From positions 1 through 27,435 of the IMG/VR virus record IMGVR_UViG_3300016464_000475: DNA of 27,435 nt, one strand, 5' to 3'. Of the stretch, positions 1 through 9,368 are shown one piece after another (the first letter of the stretch is position 1; every line of letters begins with the position of its first letter). This DNA comes from a virus. Lineage: Duplodnaviria > Caudoviricetes. A program made the position numbers and the translations under genes. The notes beneath the pieces were generated by a model that had not been told where the DNA came from, did not search any database, and worked only from the letters and a program-made list of their open reading frames with translations.

Positions 1-368
1 CGCTTCTCTCCAGTTGGTACATACTTATTCTGAATATACATTGGCATTACATTCTCAGGTACCCACTTGGTTACCTTCTTGCCATCATCAGTAGTCTTAG
101 CTACTTCAAATTCTTTAATAGGAAAACCGGTTAAGTCACCAATCTCCTCAATCTGAGCAAGATTAATCTTAACAACATTAAGACCTAGGTCTTTACCTAT
201 CTCAAGGATGGTACTTGTCTTACCAATACCAGCCTCACCCTCTACAGCAATTGCTACTGGGATTTTACCATTAGCCTGTAGATATCTATTGTTACTTACA
301 ATATGATTTACAAATGTCTTTAACTCGTCTGTGTTAAGATTTACTTGGGTTGATTGTACTTTACTCAT
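1..368 (-). CDS. MoxR-like AAA+ ATPase, N-terminal part (runs off the window)
   Basis: Not in the ORF track. Read by hand from ATG at 368: MSKVQSTQVNLNTDELKTFVNHI...VEGEAGIGKTSTILEIG...NLAQIEEIGDLTGFP. Walker A is GEAGIGKT; adjacent to a vWA gene. Confidence 0.85.
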   Translation of the reverse strand, partial: MSKVQSTQVNLNTDELKTFVNHIVSNNRYLQANGKIPVAIAVEGEAGIGKTSTILEIGKDLGLNVVKINLAQIEEIGDLTGFPIKEFEVAKTTDDGKKVTKWVPENVMPMYIQNKYVPTGEK

Positions 369-373
369 TTTAC

Positions 374-1576
374 TTAGTTTAATTTAATTTTAGGTCCGGG
401 AAGTTCTTCATTCATATTAGATCTAGAAGAAATTACCCATAGCATTTTACCTCTTGGTTTTACACTACAGTAGCATTCGCCATCTGTTAAATAAATCATG
501 CAGCTATAATGGCGGATGTGCTCATTATAATACTCAATTACTGGATCAAACTCGGTACCACCGCGTCCAAATATTTCTACAGTGTCTCCAGCCTTGTAAG
601 GCTTGATACTATTAATCTTAGTGTCACATTGTAACACCGTGATATCAGTACCTGTTTTATACATATGATCAATCTCGTGGAAGAACTCTCTAAGCTCATC
701 ATCACATACAGAACCACTGGTATCTATAGCAACTAGGATGTGTCTCTTAGGTTTTATCTTAAGACCGGCCATCTCCTCAAAGCGCTTGTTGAATTTTCTT
801 CTAAGTTTCTTTGTGAATACATTTTGAGAACCACCAGCAAATCTTCTAAGATAACCTTTCCAGTCAAACTTAGGTGGCTCACTGCTGTTTATCTTATCTA
901 ACAAACCTTGCATCTCTCCAGGTAAAGTACCACGAGACTTAACTTGCTCTGCTACTTCTTTAAGAGTATGCTCTAGTTGTTTTTCTATAAGCTTCTTCTC
1001 TGCCTCAGGTAAATCTGCAAAGTCTTCCCATGTGCTATGATCAGGAACAGGATCACCATCTTCATCCTGACTTTGTCCATTAGCCATAGCATCTAGAATC
1101 TTTTGTAGCTTACTCTTGCCACCACCATTCTGCTGCTCTTTATCTTTAGCTTTAGATAGGATTTCATAATACTCTCTACAACCTGCCTTAGGCGGTAAGT
1201 TATATTGTTTAAATGCATCACTATCTATAGTACAACCACCTTCTGGAAGATACTGCTTATCAATATACTGATTGATCTCCAAGTCCATAGCTATGTTAGC
1301 TAGTCTCTTGTCTGCAAAGTTATCATGCATAGTAAGATGGAAGAATGCTATATGCAATAGCTCATGTTTCAAGAGACCTATGCGGTGCTCATGACTCAGG
1401 CTATTCCAGAATTCCTCATTAATACTAAGCTGATAGTTAATACTGTTCTTACTCACACCTGCGGTAGGAACTCTCTTTTCCCAAAGCTTGTTTAGTCCAA
1501 TGAGAAAGAGCCCGTAAAAAGGCTCCTTCAACATTAGTTCTTTACTTGCTTTAGCTAGACTTTCATGTTTATCCAT
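374..1576 (-). CDS. DUF2201-type metallopeptidase-like + vWA domain protein (MoxR partner)
   Basis: HELLH (HExxH) motif, NIAMDLEINQ, MIDAS motif DTSGS, GRGGTEF, YLTDG. Confidence 0.9.
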   Translation of the reverse strand: MDKHESLAKASKELMLKEPFYGLFLIGLNKLWEKRVPTAGVSKNSINYQLSINEEFWNSLSHEHRIGLLKHELLHIAFFHLTMHDNFADKRLANIAMDLEINQYIDKQYLPEGGCTIDSDAFKQYNLPPKAGCREYYEILSKAKDKEQQNGGGKSKLQKILDAMANGQSQDEDGDPVPDHSTWEDFADLPEAEKKLIEKQLEHTLKEVAEQVKSRGTLPGEMQGLLDKINSSEPPKFDWKGYLRRFAGGSQNVFTKKLRRKFNKRFEEMAGLKIKPKRHILVAIDTSGSVCDDELREFFHEIDHMYKTGTDITVLQCDTKINSIKPYKAGDTVEIFGRGGTEFDPVIEYYNEHIRHYSCMIYLTDGECYCSVKPRGKMLWVISSRSNMNEELPGPKIKLN

Positions 1577-1985
1577 GTCTCTTAGTTAAGCTGATTTTAT
1601 ACTTGTCCATAAAGGTGAACCCTGCATCTTTAAGCTGTGTTTCTATCTCATTAGAGAAACGAGCTATAGCAAAGCTTTCTTGCAAAGGATCATCTTTCTT
1701 TTTCTGAGCAATATGTATAATAGTTGCCCAATCTACATTCTTAAAGTTACCGTCTTTAATAACAGCGTGCTTGTTTACAACAGCACTTATCTCATCAGTA
1801 AACAACAGACCCCTCTGGTCATTATTAATTTCTTTATACAACATTAAGACATAGACTATGTTAGTATCTATATCCATATTCTCTAAGATGCTTTGTACAA
1901 CATTAAGGTTACTCTTATCTGAAGAGTTAACCATGTTTAGCATGTTCATGTACTCAGCCTCACTGATTTTAAGATTACTAGTCAT
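1569..1985 (-). CDS. hypothetical protein
   Basis: 138 aa ORF overlapping both neighbours by 8 nt. Confidence 0.7.
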   Translation of the reverse strand: MTSNLKISEAEYMNMLNMVNSSDKSNLNVVQSILENMDIDTNIVYVLMLYKEINNDQRGLLFTDEISAVVNKHAVIKDGNFKNVDWATIIHIAQKKKDDPLQESFAIARFSNEIETQLKDAGFTFMDKYKISLTKRHG

Positions 1986-2319
1986 TTATCTTTTGGGTTT
2001 TTAACATCCACAACGGTGGATTATCTAAGTTAGTTATCCATTCTTTTGCACTTGGTATATAACCATTGCAATCTTCTTTTACATGTTGTTCACCTATATA
2101 GCGAACCATAACTCTTTTACCATCTGAGTTAGTGATGTGAGTACCAAATACTTTTTCACACTCAAAGATACCTTCACTGTGATGTCTAAATAATCTATGA
2201 CGGCTATCACCTAGCCAAGACTTAGTAGCATCAAACCAGTTGTGAATATCTAGGTAATCCTCTATTTGCCCACCCCATTTATTAACAGAGCTGCGGGCAT
2301 GATCATATGGATGAGCCAT
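1978..2319 (-). CDS. DUF6915-like protein
   Basis: HPYDHARSS..WGG..DYLDIHNWFD.TK...RHR..RHHSEGIFECE...GEQHVKED pattern. Confidence 0.75.
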   Translation of the reverse strand: MAHPYDHARSSVNKWGGQIEDYLDIHNWFDATKSWLGDSRHRLFRHHSEGIFECEKVFGTHITNSDGKRVMVRYIGEQHVKEDCNGYIPSAKEWITNLDNPPLWMLKTQKIND

Positions 2320-2675
2320 TAGTAATCTAGATCCTCAATGTTTACACTTTCATATGCTTCCTCGGTTGTTCTTACATAACCATTTACAGAAACCGTACTG
2401 TCTTCTACATCAATAGATACATTACCATAACCACCATCGTTGTTATACCAATCCCAGTGATAATGATTATTTAAGATATGGTAACCAAAGTCTTCTAGTT
2501 CTCCAGAGAACATCTCATTTAGTTTTACATACTCATCTGTACCATATCTAAATGGTTCAAAATCTATATCACTAATAGAACCTGAATCTCCTGACCCATC
2601 ATAGTTTATGTATACACGGGTAACACCCTCATCTCGTAGTCTTGAGATAAGTGCACTTAATTTAATACTTGCCAT
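2319..2675 (-). CDS. DUF6878-like protein
   Basis: YDGSGDSGSI and WYNNDGGYG motifs; coupled to the DUF6915-like gene. Confidence 0.7.
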   Translation of the reverse strand: MASIKLSALISRLRDEGVTRVYINYDGSGDSGSISDIDFEPFRYGTDEYVKLNEMFSGELEDFGYHILNNHYHWDWYNNDGGYGNVSIDVEDSTVSVNGYVRTTEEAYESVNIEDLDY

Positions 2676-2677
2676 AA

Positions 2678-3097
2678 TTACTTTTGTTTATAGAATCTCC
2701 CCAGTATGTTTGCGTTTAACCAGAAGTCTTTCTCTAGTACTTCACACATAAACTGGTACTTTACTTCTTGATAAGAAAGCTCAGTCTTAGAGTAGCATAT
2801 CTTTAGGATAGTCCTTTTGATTTGTACTCCAGCCTTATGAGCTGCCTTAAGTTTTTCATTACTACTATAGTAGTTTTGATATACAGTTTTTCTTACGCGC
2901 TTGTAAGACTTCTTGCGTTTATCAGTAGGCATAGCCTTCTTAGAAAGCTTTGTCTTAACATCCGCAAAGAAGTTCTTCTTGCCTATGTAGGACATACGTC
3001 TACCATCTAGAATAACATCCATCTGGTAGACAAACCCCACAGCACCTTCAGGAATCATATCCTCGGTGAATTCTTTTAATTGGTATATCCAACTCAT
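2678..3097 (-). CDS. GIY-YIG (Seg-like) nuclease family protein
   Basis: GFVY...YIGKK, YYSS, conserved E in LSYQE, C-terminal NANILGRF. Confidence 0.75.
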   Translation of the reverse strand: MSWIYQLKEFTEDMIPEGAVGFVYQMDVILDGRRMSYIGKKNFFADVKTKLSKKAMPTDKRKKSYKRVRKTVYQNYYSSNEKLKAAHKAGVQIKRTILKICYSKTELSYQEVKYQFMCEVLEKDFWLNANILGRFYKQK

Positions 3098-4053
3098 TTC
3101 TTTAATGCTTCTTTTAATAAAGGGAATAAGTTTTCATGCACCTTATCTATACCATGATCTCTTACTGAGTCAGATATGTCTTTAGACATAGGTAAGATTA
3201 CTTTTTCCAAGCCATATAGTTTCTTGTACTTATCTGCAGATCTTATACCTGCTTCATCAAAGTCAAATAGCGTACATATAGCTTTATAACGATCTTTATA
3301 CATTGCTATTGATCCGCTAGGGATAATAGTATTCTCACTATCTGGAGCAACATATTCTGCATTATACCCAAACTTAGATAATGTCATGATATCTTTAAGA
3401 GAACTTGCAATAATCAGGTTTGGCTTATCAAACTTAAGTTGATCAGTCCCCTGAATATAGCTTCTTACCTTAAGAAACTTATTATCTTTAGATTTAGGCT
3501 GATATATTTTATACAACTCACCATCACTTCTAAAATATCCATAGATATAAGCATGTTTAATAGTTATATCTCTAGAGTTTTCTTTCTCCATCACATAAGA
3601 CTCTAGTGGTCTTACATCATAATGATTTAATATATTAGAATCAATCTTATATTGAGTCCAATACGCCGCATCAAGATTGGTCCAGCTTCTTTCTTGATAG
3701 CTAGTTACTTCATATCTACCTTCAGATTTTATATAACGCTCATCGCTATTTTCTAGCATGAATGCATTATAGTCTTCAAGCATAATCGCCACAGCTTTTT
3801 CAATTGGGCATTTATACATTAGCTTCAAAAATTCTAAATGGTTGCCACCATTATCGGTAGAGAAATCCTTAAAGAAATACCGGTTACCTTTTACATATAT
3901 ACAAAAGCTAGGGTTCTTCTCACCAGGATTAAACGGCGAAGTAATTTTTACATCTTGACCAACAAGTTTAGTATCTAACTTGCAATAATGTTCAAACACC
4001 CAATAGCTTGGAATATCATTAGCACTAAGTGCTTGTAGTTTTGTACTAATCAT
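3094..4053 (-). CDS. DNA primase (DnaG/TOPRIM, crAss-type)
   Basis: Degenerate ZBD (SPF..EKNPSF..FKDFS), KIYQP, SSLKD, DFDEAG (DxD), KDISD. Confidence 0.85.
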   Translation of the reverse strand: MISTKLQALSANDIPSYWVFEHYCKLDTKLVGQDVKITSPFNPGEKNPSFCIYVKGNRYFFKDFSTDNGGNHLEFLKLMYKCPIEKAVAIMLEDYNAFMLENSDERYIKSEGRYEVTSYQERSWTNLDAAYWTQYKIDSNILNHYDVRPLESYVMEKENSRDITIKHAYIYGYFRSDGELYKIYQPKSKDNKFLKVRSYIQGTDQLKFDKPNLIIASSLKDIMTLSKFGYNAEYVAPDSENTIIPSGSIAMYKDRYKAICTLFDFDEAGIRSADKYKKLYGLEKVILPMSKDISDSVRDHGIDKVHENLFPLLKEALKK

Positions 4054-4071
4054 GTTATAAATTTTTAGAAT

Positions 4072-4097
4072 AAAAAGGGGAGCATTACACTCCCCTT
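4072..4097 (-). terminator. intrinsic terminator-like hairpin
   Basis: Minus strand AAGGGGAG-TGTAATG-CTCCCCTT then TTT, downstream of the SSB-like gene. Confidence 0.6.
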
Positions 4098-4113
4098 CTA
4101 TTCATGTTAAAAA

Positions 4114-4806
4114 TTAAAGTTCAAAGTCGCCAGTTGATTTTGGCGCAACTGGTGCGTCATCACCAAATGAACTCACATTTTCTACTTTACGCTTCTTAAT
4201 GTGAATTTGCTCATCATAAGGGATTACTTTGCTTTTACCTTCTTCTACTTCAATAGTCTCAAATGGAACTTGTCCACGGTTATATTTAGGTAAATAAAGA
4301 TCAAAGTTGGTATAACCCTCTTTGTTGACATATTCTTTACCTGCAACACACACGCGAAGAACTTTGCCAGCAAAAGGCTTATCATTGTTAAGAGCTTCAA
4401 ACAAAGACTCAATAGTCTCATGTTTGTTGTCTTGATCAGAGAACCAGCCTAAGCTATGAGTTTCTTTACAAAATGTTTGTAAGAAGCGCAGCAATTCTTT
4501 ATCACGGCTAATTTGAACACCAGTCTTGGTAACACCATCAGCATAAGGATACTCGGTAGCACGAATGCGACCTACTTGACCTTTGTGACGTCCCAAAGAC
4601 TCGTCATCTTTGTTAATCCAAAATCCCTCAAAGCCTTCGCCCATATCTGGACCTTCAACATTAAGGATGATATCATAACCACCTTCTTTAAAGCGAGCTG
4701 GTTCTAGCTTAATATTCAACACTGTGCACTCATTGTTACCTGGTTGAATTACTTTAGGCACACTGGTTCCACCAGTAGTACCAATTACATCTTTTGTACT
4801 TATCAT
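4114..4806 (-). CDS. putative single-stranded DNA-binding protein
   Basis: Lies between Sak4-like ATPase and primase; beta-rich; acidic/aromatic C-terminal tail (GDDAP...GDFEL). Confidence 0.6.
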   Translation of the reverse strand: MISTKDVIGTTGGTSVPKVIQPGNNECTVLNIKLEPARFKEGGYDIILNVEGPDMGEGFEGFWINKDDESLGRHKGQVGRIRATEYPYADGVTKTGVQISRDKELLRFLQTFCKETHSLGWFSDQDNKHETIESLFEALNNDKPFAGKVLRVCVAGKEYVNKEGYTNFDLYLPKYNRGQVPFETIEVEEGKSKVIPYDEQIHIKKRKVENVSSFGDDAPVAPKSTGDFEL

Positions 4807-4817
4807 TTTACTTAGGG

Positions 4818-5561
4818 TTAATCAATATAAATTTTACTCCAATCTACGTTTATCTTATTGTCTTCTGTTAATTCAGATACAATAAACTCTTGATTTCTCA
4901 AGTGCTCAGGTCTTGCACCACAAGCAATCTCATCTGAAGTTTTAAAGCTTAAGATGTTAGTTTTGCCTTTGCGATATAAGTAACCAATTGCATCTGAATT
5001 TGAGCAAGAGATTCTCTTTAATTTACCGGTTAAGTCCAAGTCTAAAGAGTTAAACTCGGAACCGTTTTTCTCAAGCATAGTGTCCTTTACGTGTCCTACT
5101 AATATAGTTCTAGGAGCCCAGGTTTTGATATAATCAACTACCTTCGTAAAAGCTTCTCTGAGATAAGGATATCCAGCACCATTAGGTAGGCTAAGAATAC
5201 TTCCGTATTGTGCTTTACCAGAACTAAACCAGTTCTTTCCCATAGGTGTTCTAGAATAAAGTTCCTCGGCATAAGGAATACACATCTCCTCAAGTGCAGT
5301 GATTGTATCTACTGCAACATATTTATAGGGATTGCCAGCATCTTTAATTGCTTTACCAATGTGCTTAATTTCTTCAACAGAACTTGCCTTAATCTTTATA
5401 GCGTCAATATAATCAGCGCCATTTTCTAAATCAAGAATTAGACAGTTCTCTAAGTTCGCAAACAAGGTTGTTTTACCAGTCTTAGGCTTTGAGAAAATAA
5501 TAAGATTGCTAGGACTATGTGATTCAGCCTTAACTTTTTCTAGAGGTAATTTAATTTCCAT
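4818..5561 (-). CDS. AAA_24 / Sak4-like ATPase
   Basis: Walker A SKPKTGKT, LDLENG, Walker B VAVDTIT, LVGH, DAIGYL. Confidence 0.85.
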   Translation of the reverse strand: MEIKLPLEKVKAESHSPSNLIIFSKPKTGKTTLFANLENCLILDLENGADYIDAIKIKASSVEEIKHIGKAIKDAGNPYKYVAVDTITALEEMCIPYAEELYSRTPMGKNWFSSGKAQYGSILSLPNGAGYPYLREAFTKVVDYIKTWAPRTILVGHVKDTMLEKNGSEFNSLDLDLTGKLKRISCSNSDAIGYLYRKGKTNILSFKTSDEIACGARPEHLRNQEFIVSELTEDNKINVDWSKIYID

Positions 5562-5562
5562 G

Positions 5563-6120
5563 TTATTTTACTAATTCATTTAACCATTTCTTTGTACTAA
5601 CAGGTTTCTTCAACAATATTGCAGCTAAATCACGTATGGTTAGCTGATCAATAGGTGCATCACTATTAGGATCTAAGATTTCATCAAAGTCCATAGTCAG
5701 TGGTGCAGCTGGTGTACCTTTAGTTGCAATGGTTTTCTTCTCTACTTTTCCAGGTATGTTAACCTTTACTAACTCAGAAGCTGGAATAAGATATCTTACT
5801 TGACCATTAGCCATAGGCTCGGTGGTATCATATTCTTCCAACCAATGTGGGTTATAACGCCACATGTATAAGGTGCGATTAATATCTTCAGGATCTTTAG
5901 ATTGGCTAACAGCTTCGGTATAAACATCTTGTTCTTTACGTAGCTCACCAACAAACATACTAAAGTGCATTTCATCTTTACCTTGTGGGCGATAGATTAA
6001 CTTAGGAATGTAGAGTGCATCTGGAATACCAAGCTTTTCAAATGTATCTTCATGATACTTTCTAAGCTCAGCGATTTTGTCTTTTGGATTTTCTGCTTTT
6101 GTTGCTGTACTTATTGACAT
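5563..6120 (-). CDS. hypothetical protein (replication module)
   Basis: 185 aa ORF tightly packed between DnaB and Sak4-like genes. Confidence 0.75.
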   Translation of the reverse strand: MSISTATKAENPKDKIAELRKYHEDTFEKLGIPDALYIPKLIYRPQGKDEMHFSMFVGELRKEQDVYTEAVSQSKDPEDINRTLYMWRYNPHWLEEYDTTEPMANGQVRYLIPASELVKVNIPGKVEKKTIATKGTPAAPLTMDFDEILDPNSDAPIDQLTIRDLAAILLKKPVSTKKWLNELVK

Positions 6121-6126
6121 AACTTA

Positions 6127-7125
6127 TTAAAATTTAATTTTTCTTTCTTGTTGTGGCGGCGTAGCCATTTCAACAATTCTCATCTTTTCAAACTCAGCCT
6201 TAAAGAAACTCATTCTAGCATCACCATTACGGCATTTGATAAAATGCATTACAAGAACCTTATCATCCTCGATAATATATCTATCGGGTCCGTATAAGCG
6301 TATCTTTTGTTTCCCAGGCCTATTAATGCCCACTAAAGTATCAGCATGTTGCAATAAAGCGTCAGCTCCAAATAGGTCAGACTCTAATATGAAATTGCCA
6401 TATTTACCGTCTTCACTACGCTCAGGATTATCAATATTCCTATTAAGCTGACTTAAGATAATAAATGCTATTGGATACTTACGCTTAAGTTCCGTTAGCG
6501 CCTCACCTAAATTATACAACGTGTCATACTTGTCCTTCTCGAAGGGTGCCTTCTTCAATAAGAGCGAGTGGTCTAGTGTTACAATTGTTTTCTTAAAGAT
6601 TTTTTCCCCATCTTCATCAGATTCAGCATAGTACTCCATGTAGTCCTTAATAATTTCTTTGAACTCATTAACTGTACAAGGGTCCTCTACAATATCTATA
6701 GGGTACTGGACTCTTTCTTTAGCATAATTATAACACACTTGTAGATCTTCATCGGTAATTGTCCCAGAAGCACTGCATAAGTACTTATAGGGTTTACCAA
6801 GTACACTGGAGTATTCACGGATAGCTGAAGTACGAGCTATCATCTCAAACTGAAATTCCAGTACTCTAAAGTTTTCACCTTTATTCAAGACAAAAGCTTC
6901 GCGTACTATTTGATCTTTGATTAGAGTTTTCCCACTTGCAGGTCTTCCGCCAATAACCGTCATTGAGTTCCATTCTAATCCGCTAGTTGTAGCATCATTA
7001 AACTTATCCCAGGGTGTTTTTAGACTTTTAATTTGTCCTTGTTGACGCCCCTTCATGTACTTCAAAGAGTCAAGAAATCCTTCGCGCTGGCTTTGCCAGG
7101 CCGTATTTTTTTTCTTTGTTGTCAT
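6127..7125 (-). CDS. dnaB: DnaB-like replicative helicase
   Basis: GGRPASGKT (H1), FQFEM (H1a), VTLDH (H2), LSQLNR (H3), SDLFGADALLQHAD, KCRNG. Confidence 0.92.
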   Translation of the reverse strand: MTTKKKNTAWQSQREGFLDSLKYMKGRQQGQIKSLKTPWDKFNDATTSGLEWNSMTVIGGRPASGKTLIKDQIVREAFVLNKGENFRVLEFQFEMIARTSAIREYSSVLGKPYKYLCSASGTITDEDLQVCYNYAKERVQYPIDIVEDPCTVNEFKEIIKDYMEYYAESDEDGEKIFKKTIVTLDHSLLLKKAPFEKDKYDTLYNLGEALTELKRKYPIAFIILSQLNRNIDNPERSEDGKYGNFILESDLFGADALLQHADTLVGINRPGKQKIRLYGPDRYIIEDDKVLVMHFIKCRNGDARMSFFKAEFEKMRIVEMATPPQQERKIKF

Positions 7126-7136
7126 ATATTAAGGAT

Positions 7137-7166
7137 AAAAAACCCCGTGCTTAGTTGGCACGAGGT
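7137..7166 (-). terminator. intrinsic terminator-like hairpin
   Basis: Minus strand CCTCGTGC-CAACTAA-GCACGGGG then TTTTTT. Confidence 0.6.
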
Positions 7167-7354
7167 AGTTGTAATTTTTGCATTACGAATGTATAAAAAT
7201 AATTCAGTAAAAGCAAGATAATTTCAATACAAAAATATTGGCCTAAGCTAATATCAACAATAAACTTATTGGTAATGAACCAAGTAAGTATAGAAAAAAA
7301 GATGCTAACACTCATTGCTAACATCCCCTCCCTAGTAAATAGTCTCCTAATCAT
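7151..7354 (-). CDS. small membrane protein
   Basis: 67 aa with two hydrophobic segments; ATGA overlap with the upstream gene. Confidence 0.6.
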   Translation of the reverse strand: MIRRLFTREGMLAMSVSIFFSILTWFITNKFIVDISLGQYFCIEIILLLLNYFYTFVMQKLQLPRAN

Positions 7355-7911
7355 ACTACGTTATCACTAAAATGTGGTGCGTCATCTTCATCTTCACCGT
7401 TAATAATTATCTCACAGTAATTAGCAAGCTCAGAATCCCAGGACTTATCCGTGTTCTGCTTGCGTATAAAGTACTGCGAATTCTTCATGTACATATAGTT
7501 AGTCTTTTCATAAGTCTCTATATAGTACAATGTTGCACGTAGAATTGTATCCCAATCATACGTATAATTTTTAAAGAACCACTTGAAAGCATCTTCAATA
7601 TTTTTCTTGTTAACTCGAGCGGCTTTACCACTAGGTAGTTTACCTTTTGGAAATATTAGGATATACTTTTCAATGTTATCATTTGCATCTACAGGTAGTG
7701 CATTTTTAACATCAGAGTTAAATCTTACAATTTCTAAACCTTTAGAAGTTAGTTTTCCATCGTTATCAATATAACCTTCTTGAACCATAGCTCTCATCTC
7801 TAGTGGTATTTTTATATTTTGCGGAGAAGTTCCGTTATATATAGACCAAAGCAAGTAATAACTATTAGGAGATATTCTTTTTGTAATTAAAAAATCAAAG
7901 TGCTCTTTCAT
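7351..7911 (-). CDS. putative replication initiator / helicase loader
   Basis: N-terminal wHTH-like region, FPKGKLPSG and YMKNSQYFI motifs; position upstream of dnaB. Confidence 0.5.
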   Translation of the reverse strand: MKEHFDFLITKRISPNSYYLLWSIYNGTSPQNIKIPLEMRAMVQEGYIDNDGKLTSKGLEIVRFNSDVKNALPVDANDNIEKYILIFPKGKLPSGKAARVNKKNIEDAFKWFFKNYTYDWDTILRATLYYIETYEKTNYMYMKNSQYFIRKQNTDKSWDSELANYCEIIINGEDEDDAPHFSDNVV

Positions 7912-8429
7912 AATATATCAATAGGTTCTAAAGATACAAATGTTTTACTATAGTTTCTCTTTTGCATTTCTGCCATAAGGTTACTCCATATAGGTAGCAC
8001 AGTCTTGTCTTTAATTTCCAAAGCAATACGAGTTTTCTTAGTACCGTGTAGCATAGTAGCATGGTGAGTAACTTTCTTACCATGTCTATCATTAAGAACT
8101 CTAACCATATGTGAGTAAGTTAAACCTACCTCATTAGCTATTAAATAACAACATTGTCTAATAATTGTACACTGCTGCTTTCTATTGCCCATGTTCTTAC
8201 TAAAGGGTTTATCATCAGGATAAAGTTCTTCAGCAAGATTCACAATAATATTAAAGTTATCTATACCCGGTATTATAGAATGAGTATCACCTATATACTT
8301 ATCATATTCATTAAGGTTCTTTTGTATACTACTAAAGAACTTATTTATAACCATATTAAGGTCATAGTTCAGCTGGGCCAAATCTTGCCTGATATTGTGC
8401 CTCAGCTTCGTCACGTCTTTTTCTGCCAT
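7908..8429 (-). CDS. protein with DnaA domain IV-like HTH
   Basis: RQCCYLIANEVGLTYSHMVRVL...HHATMLHGTKK resembles DnaA C-terminal RQ.AMYL...SL..IG..F..RDHTTVLHA. Confidence 0.6.
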   Translation of the reverse strand: MAEKDVTKLRHNIRQDLAQLNYDLNMVINKFFSSIQKNLNEYDKYIGDTHSIIPGIDNFNIIVNLAEELYPDDKPFSKNMGNRKQQCTIIRQCCYLIANEVGLTYSHMVRVLNDRHGKKVTHHATMLHGTKKTRIALEIKDKTVLPIWSNLMAEMQKRNYSKTFVSLEPIDIL

Positions 8430-8670
8430 ATTTTACATAATCAATTGGTTCTAGATGATAATATTTGCCAGTGTCTGTATTCTTAGCCATATCTGCTACA
8501 ATATATTTAGCTCTTTCTAGCTCAATACCAAAGTCGGATAATGCATCAAAGAGACACTTGTTTTTTACGTTTGCTTTCTTAGAAGCTTCTATCTCAAAGC
8601 TTACCTCACCAAACTTTGGGTCAAGACATATCTTAACCTTAATTCTACCAGGATATTCTTTGTTTACCAT
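8362..8670 (-). CDS. hypothetical protein
   Basis: 102 aa ORF filling the gap between UDG and the DnaA-C gene. Confidence 0.6.
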   Translation of the reverse strand: MVNKEYPGRIKVKICLDPKFGEVSFEIEASKKANVKNKCLFDALSDFGIELERAKYIVADMAKNTDTGKYYHLEPIDYVKYGRKRRDEAEAQYQARFGPAEL

Positions 8671-9346
8671 TTTCTTCTAAGTGCTGATTAATTTTATTCC
8701 ACATATCATTGCAATCCCATTTGCTACCATTGTAAGCAGCGCTAGCTGGATGACTTACCATAATCTTACAATTACTATCTGGTACCATATCAGCAAATTC
8801 TTGGGCTTTCTTACCTAGAAATACATAAACTAAGTTGTCTTTAGCATGTGTTAATATATCTAGGAGGTATGCAATAAACGGTTGCCACAATTCTTGATGT
8901 GTACCAGGCTTACCAATAGTTGTAGTTAATGCTGAGTTCAACATTAATACACCTTGTTCTACCCAGGGTGACAAATCCGCGCTCCCTACATATCCCACAT
9001 CAACTGTTTCTTTTATACTAGCATGCATATATTGTAAAGACTTTTCAATCTTACCTGTATTACTACAGCTAAATGCAATACCATCAGCAACACCTAATTG
9101 TGGATATGGATCTTGTCCTATAATAACTACTTTAACGTTATCTAAAGAACACTTTTCTAATGCAGTAAATAAACTTTTAACAGGTGGAGTAAAGCGTTTA
9201 CCTTGCTCAACTTCTTTTACTAACTTTTCTAAGATATCATCCATATCAGATGATAACACAAAAGTGCAAAGTTTACCCCAACCTTTATCCTTTACCTTAT
9301 CGTAAAGTTTCTGGCTAATTTCTTGTATATTAATTTCTTGAGTCAT
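8645..9346 (-). CDS. ung: family 1 uracil-DNA glycosylase
   Basis: GQDPYP, GIAFS, QGVLMLNSALT, SHPAS. Start moved to ATG 9346 (MTQEIN). Confidence 0.95.
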   Translation of the reverse strand: MTQEINIQEISQKLYDKVKDKGWGKLCTFVLSSDMDDILEKLVKEVEQGKRFTPPVKSLFTALEKCSLDNVKVVIIGQDPYPQLGVADGIAFSCSNTGKIEKSLQYMHASIKETVDVGYVGSADLSPWVEQGVLMLNSALTTTIGKPGTHQELWQPFIAYLLDILTHAKDNLVYVFLGKKAQEFADMVPDSNCKIMVSHPASAAYNGSKWDCNDMWNKINQHLEENGKQRISW

Positions 9347-9353
9347 AAGTTTG
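9346..9353 (+). promoter_or_regulatory. Bacteroidota sigma-A -7 element (TAAGTTTG) for the + strand gene
   Basis: Matches TAnnTTTG 15 nt before ATG 9369, with a TTG 20 nt upstream. Confidence 0.55.
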
Positions 9354-9368
9354 TAAAAATTAAATTCC

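Noticed and set aside
2678-3097. GIY-YIG gene as an intron-borne homing endonuclease
   Set aside because: Free-standing and translationally coupled; neighbouring genes are uninterrupted
3900-3990. Primase lacking zinc-finger cysteines as a pseudogene
   Set aside because: ORF is intact with TOPRIM acidic motifs; a degenerate ZBD does not imply inactivation
7918-8453. Near-identical 13-mer (LEPID in two adjacent ORFs) as a target-site duplication
   Set aside because: Short, has one mismatch, and there are no other mobility signs; may be chance
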